A stretch of 64,000 bases of DNA. Source: Faecousia sp. (GTDB lineage: Bacteria; Bacillota; Clostridia; Oscillospirales; Oscillospiraceae). The translations under genes were made by a program, and so were the position numbers. Positions 18,007 to 26,272 of this stretch are shown here, piece after piece. The DNA is taken from NCBI GenBank assembly GCA_045531815.1, contig JAZSER010000043.1, positions 2,297 through 66,296 of the forward strand. The letters run 5' to 3'. The stretch's first letter is position 1; every line of letters starts with the position of its first letter. The notes beneath the pieces are model-generated. The model was not told where the DNA came from. It was given only the letters and a program-made list of their open reading frames with translations, and ran no database searches.

Positions 18007-18895
18007 AGTTCTCTCTCCTGATTTCTTTTGTTGCTCTCACAATGAGGATAACAGAAAGCGTTACAACCGTTATGCTGATTCCCGCTCCGGTCAAAATAAT
18101 AAAAATTTGTTGGTTTTCTGAGGACAGACTTGCACCAAACTGGGCAAACATCGCCGTTTCCAGGTTCAGCATCGACACAAGTGCCGCTGACAGGCTGACG
18201 ATTTTTGCAGTGGACATGATGGGACTTCCCATTTTTCTGTATTTCACAATATCCACAATGGACATGGTAAGAGCGTAAAATGTGTACAGGGCCATCACAT
18301 AGATCATCATACCGGGATAATCGTAGCCTCTGTGCTGGTAAAGGATCATCAGCACTGCACCACTAAGGGACAGGTTGATCAGCAGCAGAATATACGCACA
18401 GATCCTGGATCGCTTCCACTCGCTTAAGATATCGGTACCGATCTTCTGGATGCGCACATACCGCACCAGAAGGTACCGCATCACCGCCATGATCACATAA
18501 TACACCGCCAGCACCATAAACCAGTAGCTTTTTAGTGCATGCCAGGACCAAAGGTTGATACCTACATAGAGCATGCTGATCACAAAGGATATAGACAGCG
18601 ATATATTCGTGCGGAATACTCTGTCCGTCATATAGCGGTTGCCCAAGGGATTATCATAGATCTTCTGTTTGATGGTGCTGTATTGTTTGGGAAGCACCAT
18701 AGCGCAAAAGATCGTCACAACGCTGAGTGTGTAAAACGCCAAAACATAGACAATATAGGCAGGAATACTCTCTTCCATCCCTTTGACGAAAATAAGGGTC
18801 AGCGCTACGGCACTGGCGATTACCAGGATCCCCATCATCCAAATGGGAGGAAACAGCAGCTTCTTCCCAATTTTCTTCCAATCCATATCGGTCAC
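17996..18895 (-). CDS. Multi-pass membrane protein of unknown function
   Basis: 299 aa, about 8 hydrophobic segments, overlaps the kinase stop. Confidence 0.8.
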   Translation of the reverse strand: MTDMDWKKIGKKLLFPPIWMMGILVIASAVALTLIFVKGMEESIPAYIVYVLAFYTLSVVTIFCAMVLPKQYSTIKQKIYDNPLGNRYMTDRVFRTNISLSISFVISMLYVGINLWSWHALKSYWFMVLAVYYVIMAVMRYLLVRYVRIQKIGTDILSEWKRSRICAYILLLINLSLSGAVLMILYQHRGYDYPGMMIYVMALYTFYALTMSIVDIVKYRKMGSPIMSTAKIVSLSAALVSMLNLETAMFAQFGASLSSENQQIFIILTGAGISITVVTLSVILIVRATKEIRRENYGK

Positions 18896-19956
18896 CTCTT
18901 AAATTTTACAGTGAAAGTACTGCCCTGACCGTAAACACTCTGAACACCGATCTCGCCGCTGAGTATGTCCACGACCCGCTTTACCAGGGCCAAGCCAAGA
19001 CCGTTGCCCTGGGTAGCATGGGAAGTGTCGCCCTGATAGAACTTTTCAAAAATGTGCATGCCGGTTTCCGGCTTCATGCCGCAGCCGGTATCCCGCACCT
19101 GTACGATCACACTATCACTCTGCGTCTTCAAAGACAAACCGATGGTACCGCCATCCGGGGTAAATTTCACTGCATTGGAGATCAGATTGTTCCAAACAAG
19201 GCTTAAAAGCTCGGGGTCAGACTGAATACGCACATCGTCCTGGATATCCGTTTCGATTTCCAGGTTCTTAGATTCCCAGGCATCCTCAAATACAAGCAAG
19301 CATTCACAAAGCTGTTCACCAAGATCAAATTCTTTCGGCTGGGGGAATATCTGCTGATTTTCCAGTTTGTTCAGCTTCAGAATGTTGGTAATGAGCTGTG
19401 CCAGCTTCCGGGCTGCTTCGGAAATTGCCTTGGCATAGTCATTCTTTTCTTCCTCGGTAATACCGGGGCGCTGAAGCATAGTGGCGTAATTTCCCATAAC
19501 TGCCAGCGGGGTTTTCAGCTCGTGAGACACATTGGCAATAAAGTCTGTTCGCAGAGTCTCCGTGCCGGATAGTTCTTCTGCCATTTTGTTGATGGCGGAA
19601 CCAATCTGATTAAAGCCATCGGTGCCTGCTCCGTGGATCGGCGGAACACGAACAGAGAAATCTCCCTGCATAATTTTTTCTGCAGCCTCTGTGATCTGCT
19701 TAACGGGCCGCTCTACCGTAATTTTGCGGCGAATATAGTCGGCAGTTCCAAACAGGAATGTGATCAGCAGCACATTACCGAAGGTCAGCTTCGCAGCAAC
19801 CCCAATGTTGTTTGCATCCAGCACAAGGCCCATAGAGTCAGCAAGAACACTTAAAAACAGCATCATACAGCAGCTAACGGCAAAGCCCACTGTTAAAAAG
19901 AATACGACATAGCTATTGACTGCTTTCAAAACCTGCCGAAAGGTTAGCTTCCTCAT
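18892..19956 (-). CDS. HAMP sensor histidine kinase with short extracellular loop
   Basis: FIANVSHELKTPL, NLISNAVKF, DTGCG, GNGLGL. Confidence 0.95.
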   Translation of the reverse strand: MRKLTFRQVLKAVNSYVVFFLTVGFAVSCCMMLFLSVLADSMGLVLDANNIGVAAKLTFGNVLLITFLFGTADYIRRKITVERPVKQITEAAEKIMQGDFSVRVPPIHGAGTDGFNQIGSAINKMAEELSGTETLRTDFIANVSHELKTPLAVMGNYATMLQRPGITEEEKNDYAKAISEAARKLAQLITNILKLNKLENQQIFPQPKEFDLGEQLCECLLVFEDAWESKNLEIETDIQDDVRIQSDPELLSLVWNNLISNAVKFTPDGGTIGLSLKTQSDSVIVQVRDTGCGMKPETGMHIFEKFYQGDTSHATQGNGLGLALVKRVVDILSGEIGVQSVYGQGSTFTVKFKR

Positions 19957-20624
19957 TTGATCACCGCCTTGTAACCCAGTCCGTGAACGGTCTTGATCTC
20001 AAAGTCTTCGCACTGGGACAGCTTGGAACGGAGCTTGGTCATATACACATCCACTGCTCTGGGTGCGGTTTCTGTATCGGCATCCCAAAATTCATCCATC
20101 AGCTGCTGACGGGTGAAGGTCTTCTTGGGGTAAGAGAGCAGCTTGTAAAGGATGTTAAACTCCCGGTTGGTAAGGGGAATTTCTTCGTCACGAAGCCGGG
20201 CGGTATGCTCGTCCATATCCATAGAAAAGCTGCCGACTTCCAGTGTTCTGGAGCTTGCGATCTTCGCCCGGCGAAGCAGCGCACCGATCCGCAGGAAAAG
20301 TTCGTCCAGATCAATAGGCTTGACCATATAATCATCCACACCAATGCGGTAACCCCGCTGCTTGGAGGCGAAGTCATCCCTTGCGGTCATAAACAAGAGG
20401 GGGATATTCTCGTTCAGGCTGCGGACGGTCTTTGCAAATTCAAACCCATCGATACCGGGCATCATAATGTCCGACACGATCAGGTCAAACATAGTGCCAT
20501 ACATGGCGTCATAGGCATCGTTGGCATCCAGGCAGCCGGTTGCCTGATAGCCGCTGGAATTCAGAAAAGCACAGACCGTGCGGTTAAGATCCTTGTCATC
20601 TTCCACTACCAAAATCTTAAACAT
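19953..20624 (-). CDS. OmpR-family response regulator
   Basis: ILVVEDD, DIMMPGIDG, DDYMVKP, TVHGLGY. Confidence 0.95.
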   Translation of the reverse strand: MFKILVVEDDKDLNRTVCAFLNSSGYQATGCLDANDAYDAMYGTMFDLIVSDIMMPGIDGFEFAKTVRSLNENIPLLFMTARDDFASKQRGYRIGVDDYMVKPIDLDELFLRIGALLRRAKIASSRTLEVGSFSMDMDEHTARLRDEEIPLTNREFNILYKLLSYPKKTFTRQQLMDEFWDADTETAPRAVDVYMTKLRSKLSQCEDFEIKTVHGLGYKAVIK

Positions 20625-20761
20625 AGAGATACCTCCGCAAATTATCATGGTTATTATACATCATAACAGGAAAATGTTAAAGTTTTGTTTGTGTTTTGCT
20701 GTTTAAAATTATTTTTTCAAAAAATGCCGCTTCTGACTCACAAACAGAAGCGGCATTGATT

Positions 20762-21559
20762 TTATACCAAGCTGGTTTTATTCAAAATTTTATTACTGAT
20801 CGTACCCAAGCCGATGGCAAACAGAACACCACCTGCAAGGCACAGGACAACATTCATAAAGGTGGAACCGAGAGGGGTGATCAAAGACACCATCATAAAC
20901 AGCAGCATACCTGCACCGAGAGAGCCGCACAGGCAAAGCCACGCCTTCTGTTTGGCTGCCACACTGACGATCACATCAATGGCAACAAACACAAGCATCA
21001 GGAAAATCTTTGCCACCAAGCACATAGCGATATTGCCCACGGTTAGGCCGTGAAGGTCAAATGACAGACCGGAGATCGCGCCTCCCAGCAGGCTACCAAC
21101 AAAGTAGGCGATCAGCATCAATGCGCCGCAAATAAATCCGGAAATCGTTTTGGATGCCACATAGTCGCCTTTTCTTGCCCGGACCGTAAACAGGTTCTTG
21201 GCAAAACCGCTTCTGAAATCCTCGGAAATAAACAGGCAGATGAAGACGGCAACCAGCATAAACACCATATTGATGTTACACATCATGAACACTTCATTGC
21301 CACCCATGGCTTCACCGCCGGGGAGCGTGCCGATGTTCTGCCAGGTATTTTCCGGGCCTTCCATAATGGTTTCCACACCGGTCTGGGGATCCACGGAAAC
21401 AGAGCCGTCCATCATGGTCATCATCACCGTCATGAGGATGGGCATCACAAGAACGGAGGCAATAAGGATATAAAAAAGCTTGGATTTGAACATTCTTCTG
21501 AAATCCACCTTCAGCATACTGCCGAGACAAAGTGCGAAGCTGTTTTTCATGTCAAGCAC
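20762..21559 (-). CDS. ABC-2 type permease
   Basis: About 6 TM, 'FISEDFRSGFAKNLFT'; overlaps the ATPase stop. Confidence 0.85.
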   Translation of the reverse strand: MLDMKNSFALCLGSMLKVDFRRMFKSKLFYILIASVLVMPILMTVMMTMMDGSVSVDPQTGVETIMEGPENTWQNIGTLPGGEAMGGNEVFMMCNINMVFMLVAVFICLFISEDFRSGFAKNLFTVRARKGDYVASKTISGFICGALMLIAYFVGSLLGGAISGLSFDLHGLTVGNIAMCLVAKIFLMLVFVAIDVIVSVAAKQKAWLCLCGSLGAGMLLFMMVSLITPLGSTFMNVVLCLAGGVLFAIGLGTISNKILNKTSLV

Positions 21560-22451
21560 CCTCCTTCATCAGATCGATGTAGTATTCCTCCAGACCGATC
21601 TTGTCGGTTTGGATCTCGGTGACGCAGATGCCGTTTTCGTAGAGGTAGGTCACGATCTCTTCCGGGGAGGTCAAGTCGTATACTCGGATGTATCCTGCTT
21701 CGTCTTCTTCTACACGGGAATACTTGCAGCCCAGCAGCATTTTGCTTCTGTTCAAATCCTGCGTCTGGAGGGCCACATAGGTACGGCAGCTGGCATCCAA
21801 TTCCTCAGCGGTCATTTCCCGGATCATCTTGCCGTGACGGATAATACCGTAGTGGGTAGCCACCTTCTGCAGCTCGCCCAGCAGATGGGAGGAAACCACA
21901 ATGCTGCGCTTGCCGTCCTTAACAATGTCCGTAAACACTTCCCGCATGATCCGCATACCGTCGGCGTCCAGTCCGTTCAGGGGCTCGTCTAAGATAAGCA
22001 ACGTGGGATCGCCCAGCAGAGCCATGGCGATGCCGACTCTTTGCTTCATACCTAAAGAGCAGTTCTTGAATTTGTTGCCTGCCGCGCCTTCCATTCTCAC
22101 CGTTTTCAGAATCTTAATGACCTCTTTTTCTGCATTGGGAAGGCGCAGGTTGGATGCCTGGAGCATCATATTATCCCACACGGAAAGACCGGGGAAGCAG
22201 CCGGGTGCCTCGATCAGCACACCCATACTTGCCCTGACGGCAGGATCGGTATAATCTTTGCCGTACAGCTTGATGCTGCCGCCGCTGGTAGGGATGAGAC
22301 CGCAGATCATCTTTTCCGTGGTGGATTTACCGGAGCCGTTTTCGCCGATAAAACCGTAGATCGCGCCCATGGGAACGGTCATATTCAGGCCGCAAACTGC
22401 CTGCTTGGGGCCGAAGTTCTTGGAAAGATTTTTGATTTCTACTGCATTCAT
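21552..22451 (-). CDS. ABC ATPase, BcrA/LanF-like
   Basis: GENGSGKST, E-loop LIEAP, SLGMKQR, LILDEPLNGLD. Confidence 0.93.
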   Translation of the reverse strand: MNAVEIKNLSKNFGPKQAVCGLNMTVPMGAIYGFIGENGSGKSTTEKMICGLIPTSGGSIKLYGKDYTDPAVRASMGVLIEAPGCFPGLSVWDNMMLQASNLRLPNAEKEVIKILKTVRMEGAAGNKFKNCSLGMKQRVGIAMALLGDPTLLILDEPLNGLDADGMRIMREVFTDIVKDGKRSIVVSSHLLGELQKVATHYGIIRHGKMIREMTAEELDASCRTYVALQTQDLNRSKMLLGCKYSRVEEDEAGYIRVYDLTSPEEIVTYLYENGICVTEIQTDKIGLEEYYIDLMKEGA

Positions 22452-22464
22452 ATACCGCACCTCC

Positions 22465-23301
22465 TTAGTACACATCACTCTTGTAGAGGATCCGTGTGCC
22501 CAGCACATTGTAGAACACTGCCCAAGCCACAGATACGACAGCGCAAATGAGCAGGGTGCCAATGTTGCTTACCAGGCAAGCATTCACAGAAGAGCCATGC
22601 AGGAAGATATTCAAAAAAGCAGTGGGAAGCTGGAGGTTCTCCACGATAGCCGCAGCGCCAATGATTAAAATACCGGTACCGAAGAAGAAAGAAGATGCGA
22701 TGGAAACACCAAAGTATCTTTTGAAAATGATGTTCAGGAAGGTATAAAGGCTGGCCCAGCCCAACGACATAACCATCTTGCCGGCAATGGCGAGAATCAA
22801 GCTGCCAACATTGACCTCAAAGGGATAGCCTGCTACCAAACCGCCGGCAATGCCGCCAACAAGATAAGTAACACACATACAAGCCATGGCAAATGCGCAG
22901 ACGATGGTCTTGGACATCATATAGTCCTGCTTCTTTGCGTGGGTGGTGAACAGCTGCTTGACATAGCCGCTCTTATAGTCGTGACCGATGAAAATGGACA
23001 CCATGATGCCGCCGAATATGAACACCATATTCATATTGGCATAATCCGCAATGCTCCGGATCACATAGAGCGGTTCCGCAGCGGCAATGATCTGCCATGC
23101 GTTCTGGTAAAGAGGTTCCATTACATTGCCGTTTTGATCCGGCATAGAGGTGAAGCCGGAAACCATCGCCGGGATGATGGCGGCAATGGCCAGAAAAATA
23201 TAGTAAAGCGGAGTATGGAACAGGCGGTAGAAGTCAACACCCAGCATACCGCCCAGTCTTCTTGCGAAGCTGGGAGATTCAAATTTCAATTCCCGTGCCA
23301 T
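22465..23301 (-). CDS. ABC-2 type permease
   Basis: About 6 TM, 'FIGHDYKSGYVKQLFT'. Confidence 0.85.
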   Translation of the reverse strand: MARELKFESPSFARRLGGMLGVDFYRLFHTPLYYIFLAIAAIIPAMVSGFTSMPDQNGNVMEPLYQNAWQIIAAAEPLYVIRSIADYANMNMVFIFGGIMVSIFIGHDYKSGYVKQLFTTHAKKQDYMMSKTIVCAFAMACMCVTYLVGGIAGGLVAGYPFEVNVGSLILAIAGKMVMSLGWASLYTFLNIIFKRYFGVSIASSFFFGTGILIIGAAAIVENLQLPTAFLNIFLHGSSVNACLVSNIGTLLICAVVSVAWAVFYNVLGTRILYKSDVY

Positions 23302-24203
23302 TATGCTCCCTCCTTCCGGCTCATCAGTTCGATGTAGTATTCCTCAAGGCCAATCTTGTTCTTCCTAATTTCACTCACCACATGGCCGTTTCTCATCAGG
23401 TAATCCACGATGGCAGCGGTATCGTCCACATCGTAAACCCGCAGATATTCCGCTTCTTCCCGGACATCGGCAAACTTGGCTGCCAGCACCTGCTTGGCAC
23501 CAAGCATATCCCTGGTTTTCAGAGAAACAAATACCTGCGCTCGAGAGTCCATATCCTTGGCGGATAGCTCTATGATCATCTTACCCTGGCGGATGATGCC
23601 GTAATGGGTAGCGATCTTTTCCAGTTCGCCCAGAATGTGGGAGGAAATGAGAACGGTACAGCCATACTTCTGGGTAATATCAACCAGAATTTCACGCATG
23701 ATCCGCATGCCGTCGGTATCCAGGCCGTTGATAGGCTCGTCCAGGATCAGTAGAGCAGGATCACCCAGTAATGCCATGGCAATACCAATACGCTGCTTCA
23801 TACCAAGGCTGCAGCTTTTAAATTTGATATTTGCCGAATCCTCCATGCGGACGATCTCCAGTACACGGCGGATCTCCTCGTCACGGTTTTCAATGCCCAG
23901 GTTGATACACTGCATCACTAAGTTTTGGTACACAGAAGATCCGGGGAAACAACCAGGATCTTCGATCAGTGCGCCCACACGGACACGGACGCCGGGATGG
24001 GTGTGCTCCTTGCCGAACAACTTCACTTCACCACCGTCAGCCACCAAATGACCGCACAGCAGTTTCATGGTGGTGGATTTGCCGGAACCGTTTTCACCGA
24101 TGAAGCCATAGATGCTTCCCGCGGGAACGGTCATGTTCAAGTGATCTACCGCATACATACCACGGAAGCTTTTGGATAGATCTCTGATTTCGATCGCATT
24201 CAT
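23301..24203 (-). CDS. ABC ATPase, BcrA/LanF-like
   Basis: GENGSGKST, LIEDP, SLGMKQR, LILDEPINGLD. Confidence 0.93.
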   Translation of the reverse strand: MNAIEIRDLSKSFRGMYAVDHLNMTVPAGSIYGFIGENGSGKSTTMKLLCGHLVADGGEVKLFGKEHTHPGVRVRVGALIEDPGCFPGSSVYQNLVMQCINLGIENRDEEIRRVLEIVRMEDSANIKFKSCSLGMKQRIGIAMALLGDPALLILDEPINGLDTDGMRIMREILVDITQKYGCTVLISSHILGELEKIATHYGIIRQGKMIIELSAKDMDSRAQVFVSLKTRDMLGAKQVLAAKFADVREEAEYLRVYDVDDTAAIVDYLMRNGHVVSEIRKNKIGLEEYYIELMSRKEGA

Positions 24204-24265
24204 ATAACGCTGTCTCCTTTGTATTTTTGAAAGCAGGAAAAGCGGGAGGTTCGCTCCCACTTATA

Positions 24266-24631
24266 TTAACCCTTCATGATCTTTTCACTGAGCTTCAGAA
24301 TCTCAGGTGCGTATTTTTTCTTACGGTCGTTCAGCATCTTCTTGTAGATGGGGTAAGTGCTCAGTGCCATACCCATGCCAACAACACCAATAGCAATACC
24401 GGGAATCATGGCGCTTGCCAAGCCAATGGTTGCACCGATCTCGGTCATTACAAGGCTCATGCCTGCGCCCATGACAACGGCACTAACGCTGCCGTAGGTG
24501 TAGGCGAACACATTGGCAGGACGCTTGACCTTGGCATCCAGCTCCTTCAGTGCGTCCAGCTCGGTATGCTGCTTTTCCGTATACTGGGTGCGTATCTTCT
24601 GCACCAGAAATTCCTGATCGTTATTGCTCAT
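24266..24631 (-). CDS. Small two-TM membrane protein (paralog 2 of 3)
   Basis: KIRTQY...MGAGMSL...YPIY...YAPEILKLS. Confidence 0.8.
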   Translation of the reverse strand: MSNNDQEFLVQKIRTQYTEKQHTELDALKELDAKVKRPANVFAYTYGSVSAVVMGAGMSLVMTEIGATIGLASAMIPGIAIGVVGMGMALSTYPIYKKMLNDRKKKYAPEILKLSEKIMKG

Positions 24632-24666
24632 GTTTATGCCCTCTTTCATAAATTTGATGCTTTATT

Positions 24667-25044
24667 TTAGGAAACCTGTCCGCTAAGTTCAGCTGCCAGT
24701 TCCAGAATACGGGGGGTATACTGTGTCTTTGCCTTATTAAAGAATTTCCGGTAGACAGGGAACGCTGCAAGCATCCCAACGGCACCAACAAGACCAAGGA
24801 TCACGCCCAGCCAAATCATTTGGCCGATCACTTCCATCGCAAGGCACAGGCCCAGTCCAAAAATCAAGCAGCCGCCGATACCGGCACACAGACTCTCTGT
24901 TACACCGGAATTCTGCACCAAATGGTCAAGCCGCTTCAGTTCCTCCAGCTTGGTTTCCTCTTTGGGAAGGTACTTCTTGCGAATATTCAGAACCTCTTGA
25001 TTGCAGGTGGCGCTGTAAGTGTAAGAAAATGCATTTTCATTCAT
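24667..25044 (-). CDS. Small two-TM membrane protein (paralog 3 of 3)
   Basis: YTYSA..NQEVLNIRKKYLPKEE.K...FPVY...PRILEL. Confidence 0.8.
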   Translation of the reverse strand: MNENAFSYTYSATCNQEVLNIRKKYLPKEETKLEELKRLDHLVQNSGVTESLCAGIGGCLIFGLGLCLAMEVIGQMIWLGVILGLVGAVGMLAAFPVYRKFFNKAKTQYTPRILELAAELSGQVS

Positions 25045-25118
25045 AATCTATCTCCTTATTACGGGAGCATTCTATCCTACCAAGGTTTGTAAATGTTTTC
25101 CGAAATGTTTGAGAAATG

Positions 25119-25535
25119 TTAATTTCTCTTACCGGTGTTGCGGCTGGCTTCCAGGTTCTTCTCGATCATTTCCTTCTGAGCAGCCTCCCGGGCTTCCATA
25201 TCGGCCTTGATCTTTGCCTGACGAGCTTCGGTTCCGGAAGTGACCCGAGCCTTTGCTTCCTCTGTGGTTTCGCCTTCTTTGGCCATGAAGGTGCTGACGA
25301 AAGCATCCTCCACCTTCTTGTAGGCACCCACAACAGCTTCGCCCACCTTACCGGTCTTCAGCTTGCCCTCTTCATCCAGCATGACGCCGGACATCTTATC
25401 GGTGATGCCGGTGAAACCCTCCACAACGCCGTTTTCAATCTTCTTGTAGCCGGTCACAACACCGTCTTCGATCTTCTTGTAGCCTTCCACTACGCCGCTC
25501 TCAATTTTCTCCATGTGGTCTGCAAACTTTGCCAT
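25119..25535 (-). CDS. Hypothetical protein with tandem 11-residue repeats and charged helical tail
   Basis: KIESGVVEGYK-KIEDGVVTGYK-KIENGVVEGFT; AGGAG RBS. Confidence 0.85.
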   Translation of the reverse strand: MAKFADHMEKIESGVVEGYKKIEDGVVTGYKKIENGVVEGFTGITDKMSGVMLDEEGKLKTGKVGEAVVGAYKKVEDAFVSTFMAKEGETTEEAKARVTSGTEARQAKIKADMEAREAAQKEMIEKNLEASRNTGKRN

Positions 25536-25699
25536 AGCAATAATCTCCTGTTGATTTGTTTGATTTGTTTTTGTTTTCTTTTGATGGCATCATTCTATCA
25601 GTGGATTTATTCCAAAAAGTTCAAGTTTTGTTTCTGAAATATTAATTTGCAAAAAATTCAGCCTGCGCAGCTTAAAAACTACACAGGCTGTTTTGTGGC

Positions 25700-26002
25700 C
25701 TAATTTACATCAGCGGAGCAAAAACCTTTGCCACACTGCGGATAAACCGACGCAGCCAGTGCCAGTTTGTTTTGCTTGCGTCAATGTGTACCCATCTCCT
25801 CAGCGGTTTTACCCTCAAAACCGGCACAGATTGCCTCGGCTGCATCGGCCTCGTAATAGCTGGCCTCAGGAGCTAAACCCACAATGGTGGCATCAATCCA
25901 TCTGCCATACGCATAATGAGCCAAAGCCTCACGCTTATCTGCAGTGTCATGAGCATGCCTTTACACTACAAATAATATGGCAGTACACAGTAAGACAATC
26001 AT
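25700..26002 (-). pseudogene. Possible decayed ORF at island right end
   Basis: One frame reads MIVLLCTAILFVV*RHAHD...SYYEADAAEAICAGFEGKTAEEMGTH*RKQ...; protein-like but with in-frame stops at 25961 and 25781. Confidence 0.3.
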
Positions 26003-26172
26003 CACCACCCTCAAATCACAGCCGTTGCAAATTACTTGCTAATCAAATGCTGTAAAACAACATAAAACCAACATTACTACGCAACACAAGATAACACTTA
26101 ACCTTAAAAAACCCCTGACAGCAGGGGATTTTTAGGTATTACAAGGGATGCCGTTATCGTTTCCCTCGGTAT

Positions 26173-26217
26173 CTCCTAAGCGGAAGGTCGGGGATTCGAA
26201 TTCCTTCAAGCGTGCCA
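26173..26217 (+). pseudogene. 3' half of host tRNA-Arg(CCT), forming attR
   Basis: CTCCTAA GCGGA AGGTC GGGGA TTCGAAT TCCTT CAAGCGT GCCA; GCGGA pairs with TCCGC and CAAGCGT with GCGCTTG of the 5' half, not with the island tRNA. Confidence 0.93.
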
Positions 26218-26255
26218 AAAATTGCCGAGAAATCAAGTTTTCTCGGCAATTTTTT
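26218..26255. terminator. Bidirectional terminator (original tRNA and convergent M56 gene)
   Basis: AAAATTGCCGAGAAA-tcaag-TTTTCTCGGCAATTTTTT. Confidence 0.82.
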
Positions 26256-26272
26256 CAGGTCTTTCGGGTCCT

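Larger units (their letters stand above)
15614..26180. mobile_element. ~10.55 kb genomic island inserted in the tRNA-Arg(CCT) anticodon loop; no recognisable integrase
   Basis: 8-bp direct repeat CTCCTAAG at 15614-15621 and 26173-26180; removing the interval rebuilds a full cloverleaf. Confidence 0.9.

Noticed and set aside
25693-26055. 120-aa plus-strand ORF at the island right end as a recombination factor
   Set aside because: TTG start without RBS, atypical composition, no HTH or recombinase motif.
15619-26177. Group I intron in the tRNA-Arg(CCT) anticodon loop
   Set aside because: The core is duplicated at both ends, there is no terminal G before the 3' exon, no catalytic core is evident, and the insert has internal terminators and antisense operons; this fits DNA integration.
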